A stretch of DNA of 64,000 nucleotides from Azolla caroliniana (Eukaryota > Plantae > Polypodiophyta): contig JBHGNT010000020.1 in the NCBI GenBank assembly GCA_043228905.1, forward strand, positions 14,322,001-14,386,000. Direction: 5' to 3'. The notes under the pieces are model-generated. The model ran no database searches, was not told the DNA's origin, and worked only from the letters and a program-made list of their open reading frames with translations. Below, in pieces: positions 13,101-24,480 of the stretch. Position 1 is the first letter of the stretch, and every line of letters begins with the position of its first letter. Made by a program: the position numbers and the translations under genes.

Positions 13101-14451
13101 TGTCGTGAGAATCCGTCACTATGTGCGGATCGTGAGACAGAACCGTTGGGGTTATGGACCGGAAGGAATTAGTACACACACGCACAACACAAGCAATTTT
13201 CACATGTAAGACAAGTAGGTGAGAGGAAACATTCGTTTATTGCAAAAGAAATCGATTCTTTATAAACTTAGAATCATGTTACAATGGATTGGATATGAAT
13301 ATAAAAGATCATTCTTAAAAAAGAAAGGAGAGGTCGAATATGAATGAGAGATTATTCTTGAAAGGAAGGAGCCAACAACAATGTAAGGAGTGGTCCGATA
13401 TAAATAAGAGAGAGTTTTCTTCCCCAAGGCATGGGAGAGAGAAGAAGGGAAAAAAAAGTAGAGGGAAAAAATGGAACATATATCAAGCTCTTTGTTAATC
13501 CTCCTTCCCAATGTTACTTTGCATGTCCAGTTTTAGTTGCATGGCCTCTACTTTTAGTTGCATGCTTCCATTTTTAGTTGCATGCCTTTTACTTTTAGTT
13601 GCATGGCCTTGGCTTTAGTTGCATGCGATCGTCCGTATAATTCGGCTAAATGACCCAATCATCCATAAAGTTTAGCCCGTGCACAATCCGTACGTGCGTC
13701 GCAACCAAATCGTAGACGCGTTCGCGCGCAAAAGTCTTGACCGCGCAGTGTACACATCCATGCACGCGCGCGTCCCGATTGCGCCGTGTACGCATCCGCA
13801 CACGCGTGCCCCGACCGCGCCGTGTAAGCATCCGCACGCTCGTCCGCACACAAGCACCTGTCCGAGCGTCCCACAAGGCCGTGCACAACCACGTTTGTCC
13901 GAAACGTCCACGCGACCGTGCACGCGTACGCCCGAAACTTGCACACGCGCGTACGTCGATAACTTGCACACGCACATACGTCCGAAAACGTCCACACGGG
14001 CGTGCACACACGCACGTACGCCCGAAACGTCCACATGGTGGTGCATACACGCGTACGCCCAAAATGTCCACATGGTGGTGCATACACGCGTACGCCGAAA
14101 ACGTGCACACCACACCGTGTAGCCCAAGTCTCCTTGATATTCTATGCTCCACACATTAATAGAATAAATATATTTTGGTTTCCCTTATATATGTTGGGTT
14201 CCAATGTTGTTCTATCTATGTTGGGTTCCAATGTTGTTCTATCTATGTGGGATTTCTCACAGTTTTGTCTTTTTTTTTTTTTTCTTCAAACTTTACACTC
14301 ACATAACTTGGTACTTGTTTATTCGTTTCATGCGTAGTAAAATACGTTATAAAGCTCTTGAAGACATCTATTGTTCCATATCAATACATTAAGCTAATCT
14401 TAAATAATTATTTTACTAGTTTTCATATCGTGTGTGAAAAACCACACGACA
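13101..14451 (-). mobile_element. Gypsy solo LTR inside the 5' LTR of B
   Basis: TGTCGTG...CACGACA termini, TSD CCGG/TCGG. The B LTR is continuous across it (compare 3955-3975). End region is homologous to 40310-41250, inverted. Confidence 0.88.
13530..14120. repeat. Minisatellites within the solo LTR: ~21-bp TTTTAGTTGCATG repeats (13530-13626) and a CG-rich CACGCGTACG/CCGAAACGTCCAC array (13680-14120)
   Basis: Direct inspection of repeated units. Confidence 0.85.
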
Positions 14452-15522
14452 TCGGTCACATCACTTTTATTCTTTGTCCCTTCGGACAGAGATCCGCTTC
14501 GATTCACTAGCCTATTAATTTATACTCCCTAGGATATACACATAATGTCGGCCTATTCCTAGTTATGTACAGTGTGTTGGTTTGAGTGCACACGCGTAAC
14601 TGCCGTTTCACGCGCCGAATTCCATGATTCCACCTAAGGCCGGTTTTCTCCACGATAGCGTAATCGCAGATGGTGCAATGACAAGAAGCCGAGAAGACAA
14701 AATAAATGCGACATTGTCGCAAAAAGAATTTTATTTGTAAAACAACCACTTACAATATTTATTTGCCAAAAGTTACTTGGCAAGACTTGAACTCACAAAC
14801 TCTATTTGAGAAGAAGCGTTTGAGATAAACCATTCCAATCTCCTCGGTTTCTATTTATTTGTCTTTCTCTTTCACTTTATATATGCTAAATTTATATTAC
14901 AAAATTTCATTACCAAAACTCACGACCTTTTGTTTACAAAGAGGCATCTGAGGTACACCTCTTTAGCTTCTTCCTTTTCTTGTATTTTCTTTCTTTTCTT
15001 AACTCTTGTCTTGATTTATGCAAGCCACCATCTTCTTTTGCGAGCTCTCCATCCCACACCCATGCAAGCTTCTTCACTTGCTTTTCCTTCCTTTTCTTCT
15101 CCTTCTCCTCTTTACCCCCTTTAGCCACCATAGGTGTGGCTTATATAGGGTGGTAAACCGCCCTACCACCCTCTTGAAGCAGTTTGTCAACCGCCTCATG
15201 TAGGCAGTTATATTTATTATTTATTGTATATTATTTATGTATTTATTTTTATTTATGTATTCTACAAATTCGATTTTGTAGTTATACATTTAAGAAATTA
15301 AAAAAATTAACCCTTATTTAATTTTGACTCTCTCTTTTGACATAATTACATTTGTGTCCCTGAGTAAACTTAATCCTTCCGAAGCTTGTATCTTGGGCTC
15401 TTGAACTTCGATGCACAAACCAAAAATTTGCATATGCTCCTCGTCACAAGCTCCATATGGGAAATTTCATTTTATAGATTTTTGACATTGTTTTTACATC
15501 GTGAAGTGTCAACTTCACGACA

Positions 15523-15760
15523 CCGTAGCATCTCCGCCTTGTAGTTCCGCAAATAACGTGACACATCCTTCCCGTTGAATTGCCTGTTCCGTTGCACATC
15601 CCGCTCTACTACCGCCGCAATCTCCGACATCGCATGTTGTTCTTGTAGCATCCGCTCGAACATTGTCATCATATTGTTAGCTTCTTGTTGATTTTCCATC
15701 TCCTTGCCACCGGGTTTCATGTCGGGTTCACCAAATGTGTCGTGCCTTTCGGCGCCGGAT
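15523..15760 (-). mobile_element. 5' fragment of a further Gypsy element (gag N-terminus, tRNA-Trp PBS, start of LTR)
   Basis: FNGKDVSRYLRNYKAEM gag motif, PBS 15716-15733, LTR begins TGTCGTG at 15738. Gag is cut at 15522 by the end of another LTR (CTTCACGACA). Confidence 0.8.
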
Positions 15761-16490
15761 TGTTGTGTGAGTCGGGTGGGAACCAGTTTGATGGGATTTG
15801 ATCCCTGAGATTTGTGAGGAAGACCAATTGTGAAACTACACAATAACGTGGAAACGGGAAACGAAAAAAAAAAGACAGAGATATACATTGCACATAGTTT
15901 TACGTGGAATCCCTAAACGGGGAAAACCACGGGAGAACAGATCTACCAGTATACACAGAGAGTACAAAATCTTCTCTGATTGCTCAGAGGATAACTAGTT
16001 AGGGTTCTTGACAAGTTCACTCAAACTGTGCCATCGCTCCCTCTCACGCACTCCCCACACTCTAACTAACAACTACAGAAAAACTCTAATTTGTATCACA
16101 CCTGTTCTACATTTAAAGATTTGCCCTAATTGCATTTACACTTATACACCTTATGGGCTATTTACAAATGTAGTCCTTACTACTCTCACTTCTATTATTA
16201 TACTGATAATAATAACAGTTAATCAGCTGACTGATTGATTAGTCGATTCGACTAGCCGACTCCAGTGTCGACTGTCCAGTCGGCCTGACTAGTCGGTCGT
16301 GTCTTCGACTTGATCAAATTTGCAACACAATCGACTCACTGTGTCAACTCTTTCTAAGTCGACAATCGGCTCTCCATGACTTCGACAATCGGCTTTGAGC
16401 CCGACTAGTTGGTTACTCCTTGTCTTCGGTTGTAGGCTCTTACTCAACCGAATAGTCAGCTCCTCCCACATCAGGGACATATTCCTAACA
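15761..16490 (-). mobile_element. Copia-type LTR related to the LTRs of elements C and D
   Basis: TGTTG...CTAACA termini. Shares TACGTGGAA-CCCTAAACGGGGAAAACCACGGG and GGGACATATTCC-AACA motifs with 18944-19657. Confidence 0.7.
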
Positions 16491-16583
16491 TCTTCTCCCC
16501 CTCCTTCTTCTTGTTGGTCGGTTCCTTTTTACTCCTTGTTAATACAGTTTTATGTATACATTGCGTTCTCCCTCCCTCCCTCC

Positions 16584-16585
<2 letters not shown>

Positions 16586-16629
<44 letters not shown>
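16586..16629. repeat. (TC)n microsatellite
   Basis: About 20 TC units, in an LTR remnant ending GATTCTTTACA. Confidence 0.9.
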
Positions 16630-16633
<4 letters not shown>

Positions 16634-17535
16634 CATGCATAGAGAACCATATCCGATTCTTTACAAGGACGTTGGACGAGGCTATTACTGTTGGGAATTC
16701 GGTCCCTCCGGATGGGATCCAGATGAGAACTGCAGGAGCCAGATCGGACGAGCCGGATGAAGAAGCCGGATTCGGAAGGGTTCCAAAAACCGGAACTAGT
16801 GAATCCGGATGGATCCGGTGCGAACCGGATCCAAGGACATATTTGTAAATATGTTAGGATAAGCCCACTAAGGCTATATTTGTAAATAGCTCAAAATTCA
16901 TATAAGTATAAATATGACTTAGGGCAATCACAATGCCCGCCCAGTGTAGTTGTTGTATACTAAGAGTGAGTGAGAGAGAGAGAGAGAGAGAGATACAGAA
17001 CTCGTTTTCTGTTGTAACCGCCGGTTCGGCGAAGACATATAGCACAAGGTCATTGCCTCTGAGTCTCACATTGTATTCCTCCTCTCATAGTGATAGTTGG
17101 AGTCCGTGGGCTCCTATGGTTTTTCCCATTTAGGGTTTTCCACGTAAACATCATGTGTCATCTCGATTTCAGTTTGTTCTCTTCTATTCCTTGTTGAAGA
17201 CTCGGTTGTGGCTGAGCGTTATTTCCGTACAAGCTGGTATTAGAGCGAACAAAGGAAATGGAAGAATCATTCAGTGGCTTGTTCAAGCTCACCGGCTCAA
17301 ACTACCCAGTGTGGAAGTCGAAGATGAGGGATATGCTCGTGGTCAAAGATCTCTGGTTGCCGATACAGTTTGGGGACAAGAAACCAGACAAGATCGATGC
17401 CACGACATGGGAGGTGATGCACATAAAGATAACGGCGTACATCCGATACTTCATCGACATGAGCCTATACAACAACGTCAATGAAGAAAATAAAGCTCAT
17501 GTGCTCTGGGATAAAATTGGCACCAAGCTGGAGAG

Positions 17536-17996
17536 TGTCATGATAACACTCACATCATGCATCGAAAGGATCATGACACTCACATTATGACTCGAAAGGA
17601 TTTGAACCCACGACCTTGTTGTACACATGTCAAATCCTTAACCATTGTATTAACATTCTTATATGTATAGTTTTTAGAATATGAAATCTAATATCATAGG
17701 AATATTCTATATAACTCTACATTCTAGAATGACCTAGAATATTCTAGAGTGTTCTATACCACTAGAACCTTCTAGAATACTCTAGAGATCTTCTAGACTA
17801 CTCTACATTCTAGGATAACCTAGAATATTCTAGAGTGTTCTCTATTACTTATAAATAGGGATCTACCACCCATCCCAAACCTAAATTGGTTCAATGCCAT
17901 TTTGTAGCCTACTCTTTGTAATCCATTTTACTCTTCAATATAATAATTCTCTTTCAATTATCTCTCTATCTCTCTTTCTCTCTCTTCGTCTTGATA
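17536..17996 (+). mobile_element. 461-bp solo LTR in gag of Copia C, with a heat-shock-element array and a tRNA-like cassette
   Basis: Perfect 5-bp TSD GAGAG on both sides, termini TGTCATGA...TCTTGATA, TATAAATA at 17850. Gag frame resumes after it (KNAVNRVSIFQKLVRLRY). Confidence 0.85.
17698..17842 (+). promoter_or_regulatory. Cluster of heat-shock-element-like nGAAn inverted repeats upstream of a TATA box
   Basis: Perfect GAAccTTCtaGAA at 17765-17777; GAAtaTTCtaGAg at 17737 and 17823; TTCtaGAA at 17722. Confidence 0.65.
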
Positions 17997-18943
17997 GAGA
18001 GTAAAAATGCCGTAAATCGGGTTTCAATATTCCAGAAGTTAGTGAGACTCCGGTACCAGGACAGATCTTGCATGGTGGAGCACATGAACGATTTCAGGGG
18101 CTCATAAACCAAACAACTTTGCTTGAAGTCCCTCGTCGACGAGGTACTTGAATTGCTCCTGCTCGGCTCTCTCCTGGACAGTTAGGAAACGCTAGTTGTC
18201 ACTTTGGGCAACGCCGGGCCGGAAGGAAAGCAATTGTCCCTAGCAAGGGTAAAATCAAGCTTGCTATATGAAGAAGCTCGTCGGAAGGACCGGGAGTCCG
18301 AAACTTATCCGAAGGCCTTGGTCACGGAAGATGACCATTATCGGGGAAGAGGCCAGTATTGGAGTCCCCAAAACCGGGACAAATCGGGGACGAGGTCGAA
18401 GTCAAGGGGGAGGCCTACATGCTTCTATTGTGGGAAGCCAGGGCACTTCCAGAAAAACTGTCGGCATTTCCGGAAAGAGAAAGGAACCAACAATGCCGAT
18501 TCGAAGAAGGGTTTGGACTGGAAATTCTCGGATCACAAGGGAACGTCGGCAATCGCGACAAGTGAAGAAGAACTAATTCTCATTACCGAGGAGAATGAGT
18601 TAAAACTTGTCAGGGACGAGACAATGTGGATTGTTGATTCCGGAGCATCGTTCCACCTGACACCAGACCGGAGATGCTTCTCATCCTACATAGTCGGAGA
18701 TCACAGTTGTGTCCGGATGGGGAATGAAGGGACCTGCCGAATAATCGGCATAGGAGAGGTGTTGTTGATGACATCAACTGGATGCAAGTTGCTGTTGAAG
18801 GATGTCCGACACGTTCCGGAGGTTCGGTTGAACCTGATCAACCGATTGGCTAGATGATGAAGGCTACACGGGTAACATTCGGAACGGAGTCATGAAGTTC
18901 ACCAAGGGAAGCTTGATTGTGGCTCGAGCCCGGAAGATCAACA

Positions 18944-21900
18944 TGATGAGAAATCGTTGCGCAATTAATCACAATAATCAGACGAAGCTGAAATACGAAT
19001 CACACAAAAATGCGAGAAAAGACAAGATAGACGACTATACACAGAGATTTACGTGGAAACCCTAAAACGGGGAAAACCACGGGATCAAATTCTTCACTAT
19101 ACAAATAGTGGATATACAATAGCGAGAAGATTACAACACTCTCTCACGAGTGCATCAGCCGCACAGGGCTCTTCGCGTCTGTTGTTACACACACAACTAT
19201 GGCACGACTCTTCCTTCTCTCACACTCTCTGTCTTTCTCTCTCACGTTCTACAACTTCTATTTTTACACTCTGTTCTCGACTAAAAGTTTTCCCTAGTTG
19301 CATATATACTTACGCAACTTTCTGATTATTTACATACGTAGCCCTCATGGAGCGCACACTTAGATTACTTACAATTATAGTCTCCCGAGTTGGCTATATA
19401 CACGTTTCTGGTTTTGGCCTCGGCCGAGTCACTCATCAACTTGGCTCCATTGTCTTTCCCAACTAGAGGGACTTGTTTCCACACATCATCATCATTATTA
19501 TTACTATAATAATAATAGTCGAATATTCAAACAATCGACTCCTAGATTTCGACTCTTCGACTGTCGGCTTTCCGAACAGTCAGATCTTCCTTGTCATCGA
19601 CTGTCAGCTTTCCGATCAATCGGTTCCTCCTCCCAATGGAGGGACATATTCCCAACAAACTCCCCCTTCACTTCTATGGGAGGAAATCTGTTAGTCCTGT
19701 ATTTTGTCGACAGACTCTAAGTCTGTCCATAGGTAGGTTCTTCGTCAACATGTCAGATCCATTGTCGTCGGTATGGATCTTCACAAGGGAAAACTCTCCT
19801 TCTTTGACTCTCTCTCGCAACCAGTGATACCTTCTCTGTATGTGTTTGGTCCGGGAGTGGTATGCCACGTTCTTGGCTAGGGGTATGGAGTTTTGACTAT
19901 CACAATGAAGCAAGAACTCCTTTTGCTTCATGCCTAGTTCCGTGAGAAAATTTCTCATCCAGATCAGCTATTTTCCGGCTTCTACCGCTCCCATTTACTC
20001 TGCCTCTGTAGTCGACAAGGCTACAAACTTCTACAGTCGTGACTGCCACGACACTACTCCCCCTGCATAGGTCATCACGTACCCTGACGTGAATCGGCTC
20101 GAGTCGACATCTCTTGACATGTCCGAATCGGTAAAACCTTCCAGCACAGGTTTTCTGACAGCATACCTTAGGCACACCTCCAAGGTGCCTTTCAAGTACC
20201 TGAGTATCCACTTCACCGCTGCCCAGTGTTCTCTCCCTGGATTACTCATATGTCGGCTTACTGCTCCCACAACAAATGCTATGTCCGGTCTCATACAGAC
20301 CATAGCATACATTAGATTGCCAACGACTGAGGCATATGGTACCTTCTTCATCTCAACCTTTTCCTTTTGCCCTTTCGGACACTGCTTCACATTTAATCTG
20401 CAGTTTGTCGGCAACACGGAGCCGACTGACTTTGCATTTCACATGTTGAACCTCTCTAGGATCTTCGTCACAACTTTTGTTGTGACAACCATAACACCTT
20501 CCGAGCTCTGTCTCGGGTTATGTGAATTCCTAGCATTTGCTTTGTCGGTCCAAGATCTTTCATGGAAAATGACTTGCCGAGAGCTTTCTTCAAGCTTCCA
20601 ATCTTCCTTGTGTCTTGACCGACTATCAACATATAGCAAGAGAATCAAGAAATCTCCTTCCTCGTACCTTTTGACGAACACACAGTGATCGGCCTGTGTT
20701 TTTTGGAACCGATGTTCCATCATGAAGGACTCAAATTTCTTGTACCATTGGTGTGGAGCTTGTTTCAGTCCGTACAAGCTTTTCCTCAGTCGACACACCA
20801 GATTCTCTTTCCTTTCTCCTCAAAGCCTTCGGGTTCTGCATGTAGATTTCTTCGTCCAACTCCTCGTGCAGAAATGCGGTTTTGACATCCAACTGTTCGA
20901 TCTCTAGGTCCATGCTGGCCGCTATGCTCAGAACAGTTTGTATGGATGTCATCTTCACGACTGGTGCGAATTTTTCGTCAAAGTCGACGCCCTTCCTCTG
21001 TTGGAAACCCTTCACCACTATGCGGGCTTTATACCTGGGCTCGCTGTCGACTTCTCCAGTCTTCATCTTGTAGACCCATTTATTCCTGAGTGCTCTCTTA
21101 CCTTTCAGCAGCTCTACTAGGTCATAGGTGTAATTTGCGTGCAAGGATTCCATCTCCTCTTGCATCGCGTTCAACCATGTTTCTCTGCTCTCGTTGGAAA
21201 TGGCTTCTTCATAGCACTCCAGTTCACCATCATCAGTCAAGAGGACCTATTGACTGGCATATGTAATTGGTGCCTTCCTTTCTCTGAGTGGGTACCTTTG
21301 TCCACTCGTTGTTGGCTCTATTCCGGATGTCTCTGCCAACTCTTCTCTTTGCTCGGGATTCTACTCATCAATTGGCATCTCCAGGTTGGACAACTCCAAC
21401 TCATATTCCTCAATTGATTTTAGCAGCTCTACCGACTCTGACTCATAGTATGTCGGTCTTTCCGAGTCGAGTGACTCGGATTCGGCTCTGTCGGCCAACT
21501 GTCTCCTTACAGTTGCTGGTGACGACTCACTTGGCCTTAAGTCGATGGTAGTCGAGATTGACTGGGGAGTCGGCTCCGACTTCTATTGTTTCTAGTCTTC
21601 AATTGTCTTGTCTTCTAGAAAGACTACATCCCGACTTCTCACTACCTTCTTGTCGACTAAGTCCAACAACCTGTAACCAAACTCATCTTCCGAGTATCCC
21701 ATGAATATGCATGGTTTCGACTTGCTGTCGAGCTTTGACCTCTGATCCTTTGGTACATGCATATACGCCAAACATCCGAACACCCTCAGGTGTTGGTAGG
21801 AGACGTCCTTCCCTATCCACACCCTTTGTGGGACATCACCCTTTAATGGCACTAAGGGAGACATGTTGATCAGATAAACAGTTGTGTACATTGCCTCAGC

Positions 21901-24480
21901 CCAATAGGATTTCGGTAGTTTTGCATGGGAGAGCATGCTCCTTACTCTCTCCATGATTGTTCGATTCATCTTCTCTCCAAGCCCGTTCAACTCTGGGGTC
22001 TTTGGTATTGTGTATTCGATTTGAATACCTTGGCTCTTGCAGTATTCTTCGAACTGCCCTTTGTATTCGCCACCGTTGTCGGTTCGGACAACCTTCAGTT
22101 TCCGACCCGACTCTCTTTCGGTTCTTGCCTAGAACTCCTTGAAAACCGACAATACTTGATCCTTTTACTTCAGTACGAAGGCCCATGTCTTCGACTATAG
22201 TCATCAATAAACGTTACAAAGTATTGTCCTCCTCGATGCGATGGAGCATCCACATAGCACACATCCGTGTGTACTAGTTCCAGTGCAATTTCTCTTCTCC
22301 TCGGTGGTCTCGAGTGGAATGTCGTCCTGATCTGCTTTCCGGCTAAGCAATCGACACACTTCTCCAGGTGCACCCCCTTGACTTCTGGTAGAAGTTTCTA
22401 GTCGGCTAACAGGTGCATTCCCTTCTCACTCATGTGGCCTAGCCTCTTATGCCATATCTCCCATGTCGAGTCGGCTGCCATGTTTACTTCTGATTTGCAC
22501 AGTTGGGCATGCATTATGTACAATGTGCCTTCTTTCTGTGCTCGGGCCACTTTGAGATTTCCTCGACAGAACTTCGACTTGCCATTCCGAAAGTTACTAC
22601 TATAGCCTTCGTCGTCAAGCTTTCCAGTCGATATCAGATTCAATATGATATCAGGGACGTGTCGAACATCCTTCAACGTTAGTCGACACCCTGTTAGCGT
22701 CGTTAAGCACACACTTCTGACTCCGGTTATCTTGCATTCTCCACTATCACCCATCTTTACATAGCCATGATCCCCGGCTATGTAAGTCGAGAAATAGTCT
22801 CTCGACGGAGTAATATGGAAGGATGCGCCGTAATCAATCACCCAAGTGCACTCTTCGCTTGCAAGGTTTGCACTTGTCTGTTCACACATGAACACGAGTT
22901 CCTCATTGCTCGTAGCAATGGCCAAAGTGTTCTTTTCATCCGGAATTTTCCGGAGCTCGACATTATGTTCGACAGACTTATCTTTCCTCATGTGTCGGCA
23001 ATCCTTCTGGAAGTGTCCAGATTTTCCACAATAAAAGCATACAGGCTTACCTCTAGAATTCGATCTGGCATGGGATTTGTCTGTTTGCTATGGACTTCTT
23101 CTTCGCCGGTCCCTTCCTCTGTCCATATGTTGAGTCAGATTCGACCCCGTTTGGGACAAGAATCCTTTGTCTTTCCTCCTTGCCTCCTCATTTAGGATGC
23201 TTATCTTCACCGTCTATAAAGACAAGTTCTCTTCTTGACAGGAGGTGCTGAGAGTAACCACTAGGTTCTCCCAACTTTCCGGATGTGTGACATCAGCAGG
23301 ATGGCCTACATTGCATCATCCAGGGGAAACTTGGTCGCAACAAGTTGATTTACATACCCCATGAACGTGTTGATGTCTTCGACGATGCTCTCACCGTCTC
23401 TGTATTTCAGTTGTACGATTTTTCTCATTAGCAAGGTTCTATTTAGCGCGTTCTTCCTCTCGTATAGACCCGGGAGCTTCTGTCACATCTCGTGGGCATT
23501 AGTGTCGTTCGCCACATGTTGAAGGACACTTACATTGACACATTGTCAGATTGTGGCCACCATCTTCCTATTCAGAAGCTTCCAGTCTGACTCCAATACC
23601 CCCCTGGGTATTTCTGCTCTATCAACTAGCTCGTACAGGTCTTTAACTATGGGAAGGTCTTCTATCTTTATCTTCAAGTCTGCATAGTTCTGTGAGTTCA
23701 GAACTATCGTACCTGGGAAACTGCTAACACCTCCTTCCATGCTTGCACCTAAAGCTCTGATACTAGTTTGATGAGAAATTGTTGCGGAATTAATCACAAT
23801 AATCAGACGAAGCTGAAATACGAATCACACAAAAATGTGAGAAAAGACAAGATAGACGACTATACACAGAGATTTACGTGGAAACCCTAAAACGGGGAAA
23901 ACCACGGGATCAGATTCTTCACTATAGAAATAGTGGATATACAATAGTGAGAAGATTACAACACTCTCTCACGAGTGCATCAGCCGCACAGGGCTCTTCG
24001 CGTCTGTTGTTACACACACAACTATGGCACGACTCTTCCTTCTCTCACACACACACACACTCTCTCACGTTCTACAACTTCTATTTTTACATTTTGTTCT
24101 CAACTAAAAGTTTTCCCTAGTTGCATATATACTTATGCAAATTTCTGGTTATTTACATATGTAACCCTCATGGAGCGCACACTTAGACTATTTACAATTA
24201 TAGTCTCCTGAGTTGGCTATATACACGTTTCTGGTTTTGGCCTCGGCCGAGTCACTCATCAACTCGGGTCCTCTCTCTTTCCCATCTGGAGGGACTTGTT
24301 TCCACACATCATCATCATTATTATTACTATAATAATAATAGTCGAATCTTCAAACAGTCGACTCACTGTTTTCGACTCTTCAACTGTCGGCTTTCCGAAC
24401 AGTTGGACCTTCCCTGTCATCGACTGTCAGCTTTCCGATTAGTCGGTTCTTCCTCCCACTGGAGGGACATATTCCCAACA
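18944..24480 (-). mobile_element. Full-length decayed Ty1/Copia element D nested antisense in Copia C
   Basis: LTRs 18944-19657 and 23769-24480, perfect TSD CAACA, tRNA-iMet PBS 23754-23765, PPT ~19660-19670. Gag 23546-23740, protease/GAG-pre-integrase 22398-22991, integrase 21592-22373, RT 20031-21240, RNase H 19674-19958. Confidence 0.96.

Larger units (their letters stand above)
3431..14657 (-). mobile_element. Full-length decayed Ty3/Gypsy element B (non-chromovirus) carrying nested solo LTRs
   Basis: 3' LTR 3431-4166. 5' LTR is 11065-11110 + 12610-13100 + 14452-14657, homologous to the 3' LTR. Polypurine tract (PPT) at ~4167-4178, tRNA-Trp PBS at 11042-11059, TSD ACGT/GCGT. Confidence 0.92.
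3406..15448 (-). mobile_element. 5' LTR of element A, split into 3406-3430 and 14658-15448 by insertion of element B
   Basis: Termini TGTGATGA...TCGTCACA, adjacent to the PBS. The halves rejoin across the ACGT/GCGT TSD of element B. Confidence 0.7.

Noticed and set aside
13646-14159. Overlapping 140-168-aa ORFs open in five or six frames
   Set aside because: They arise from a CG-rich minisatellite inside a solo LTR that lacks stop codons; low-complexity translations.
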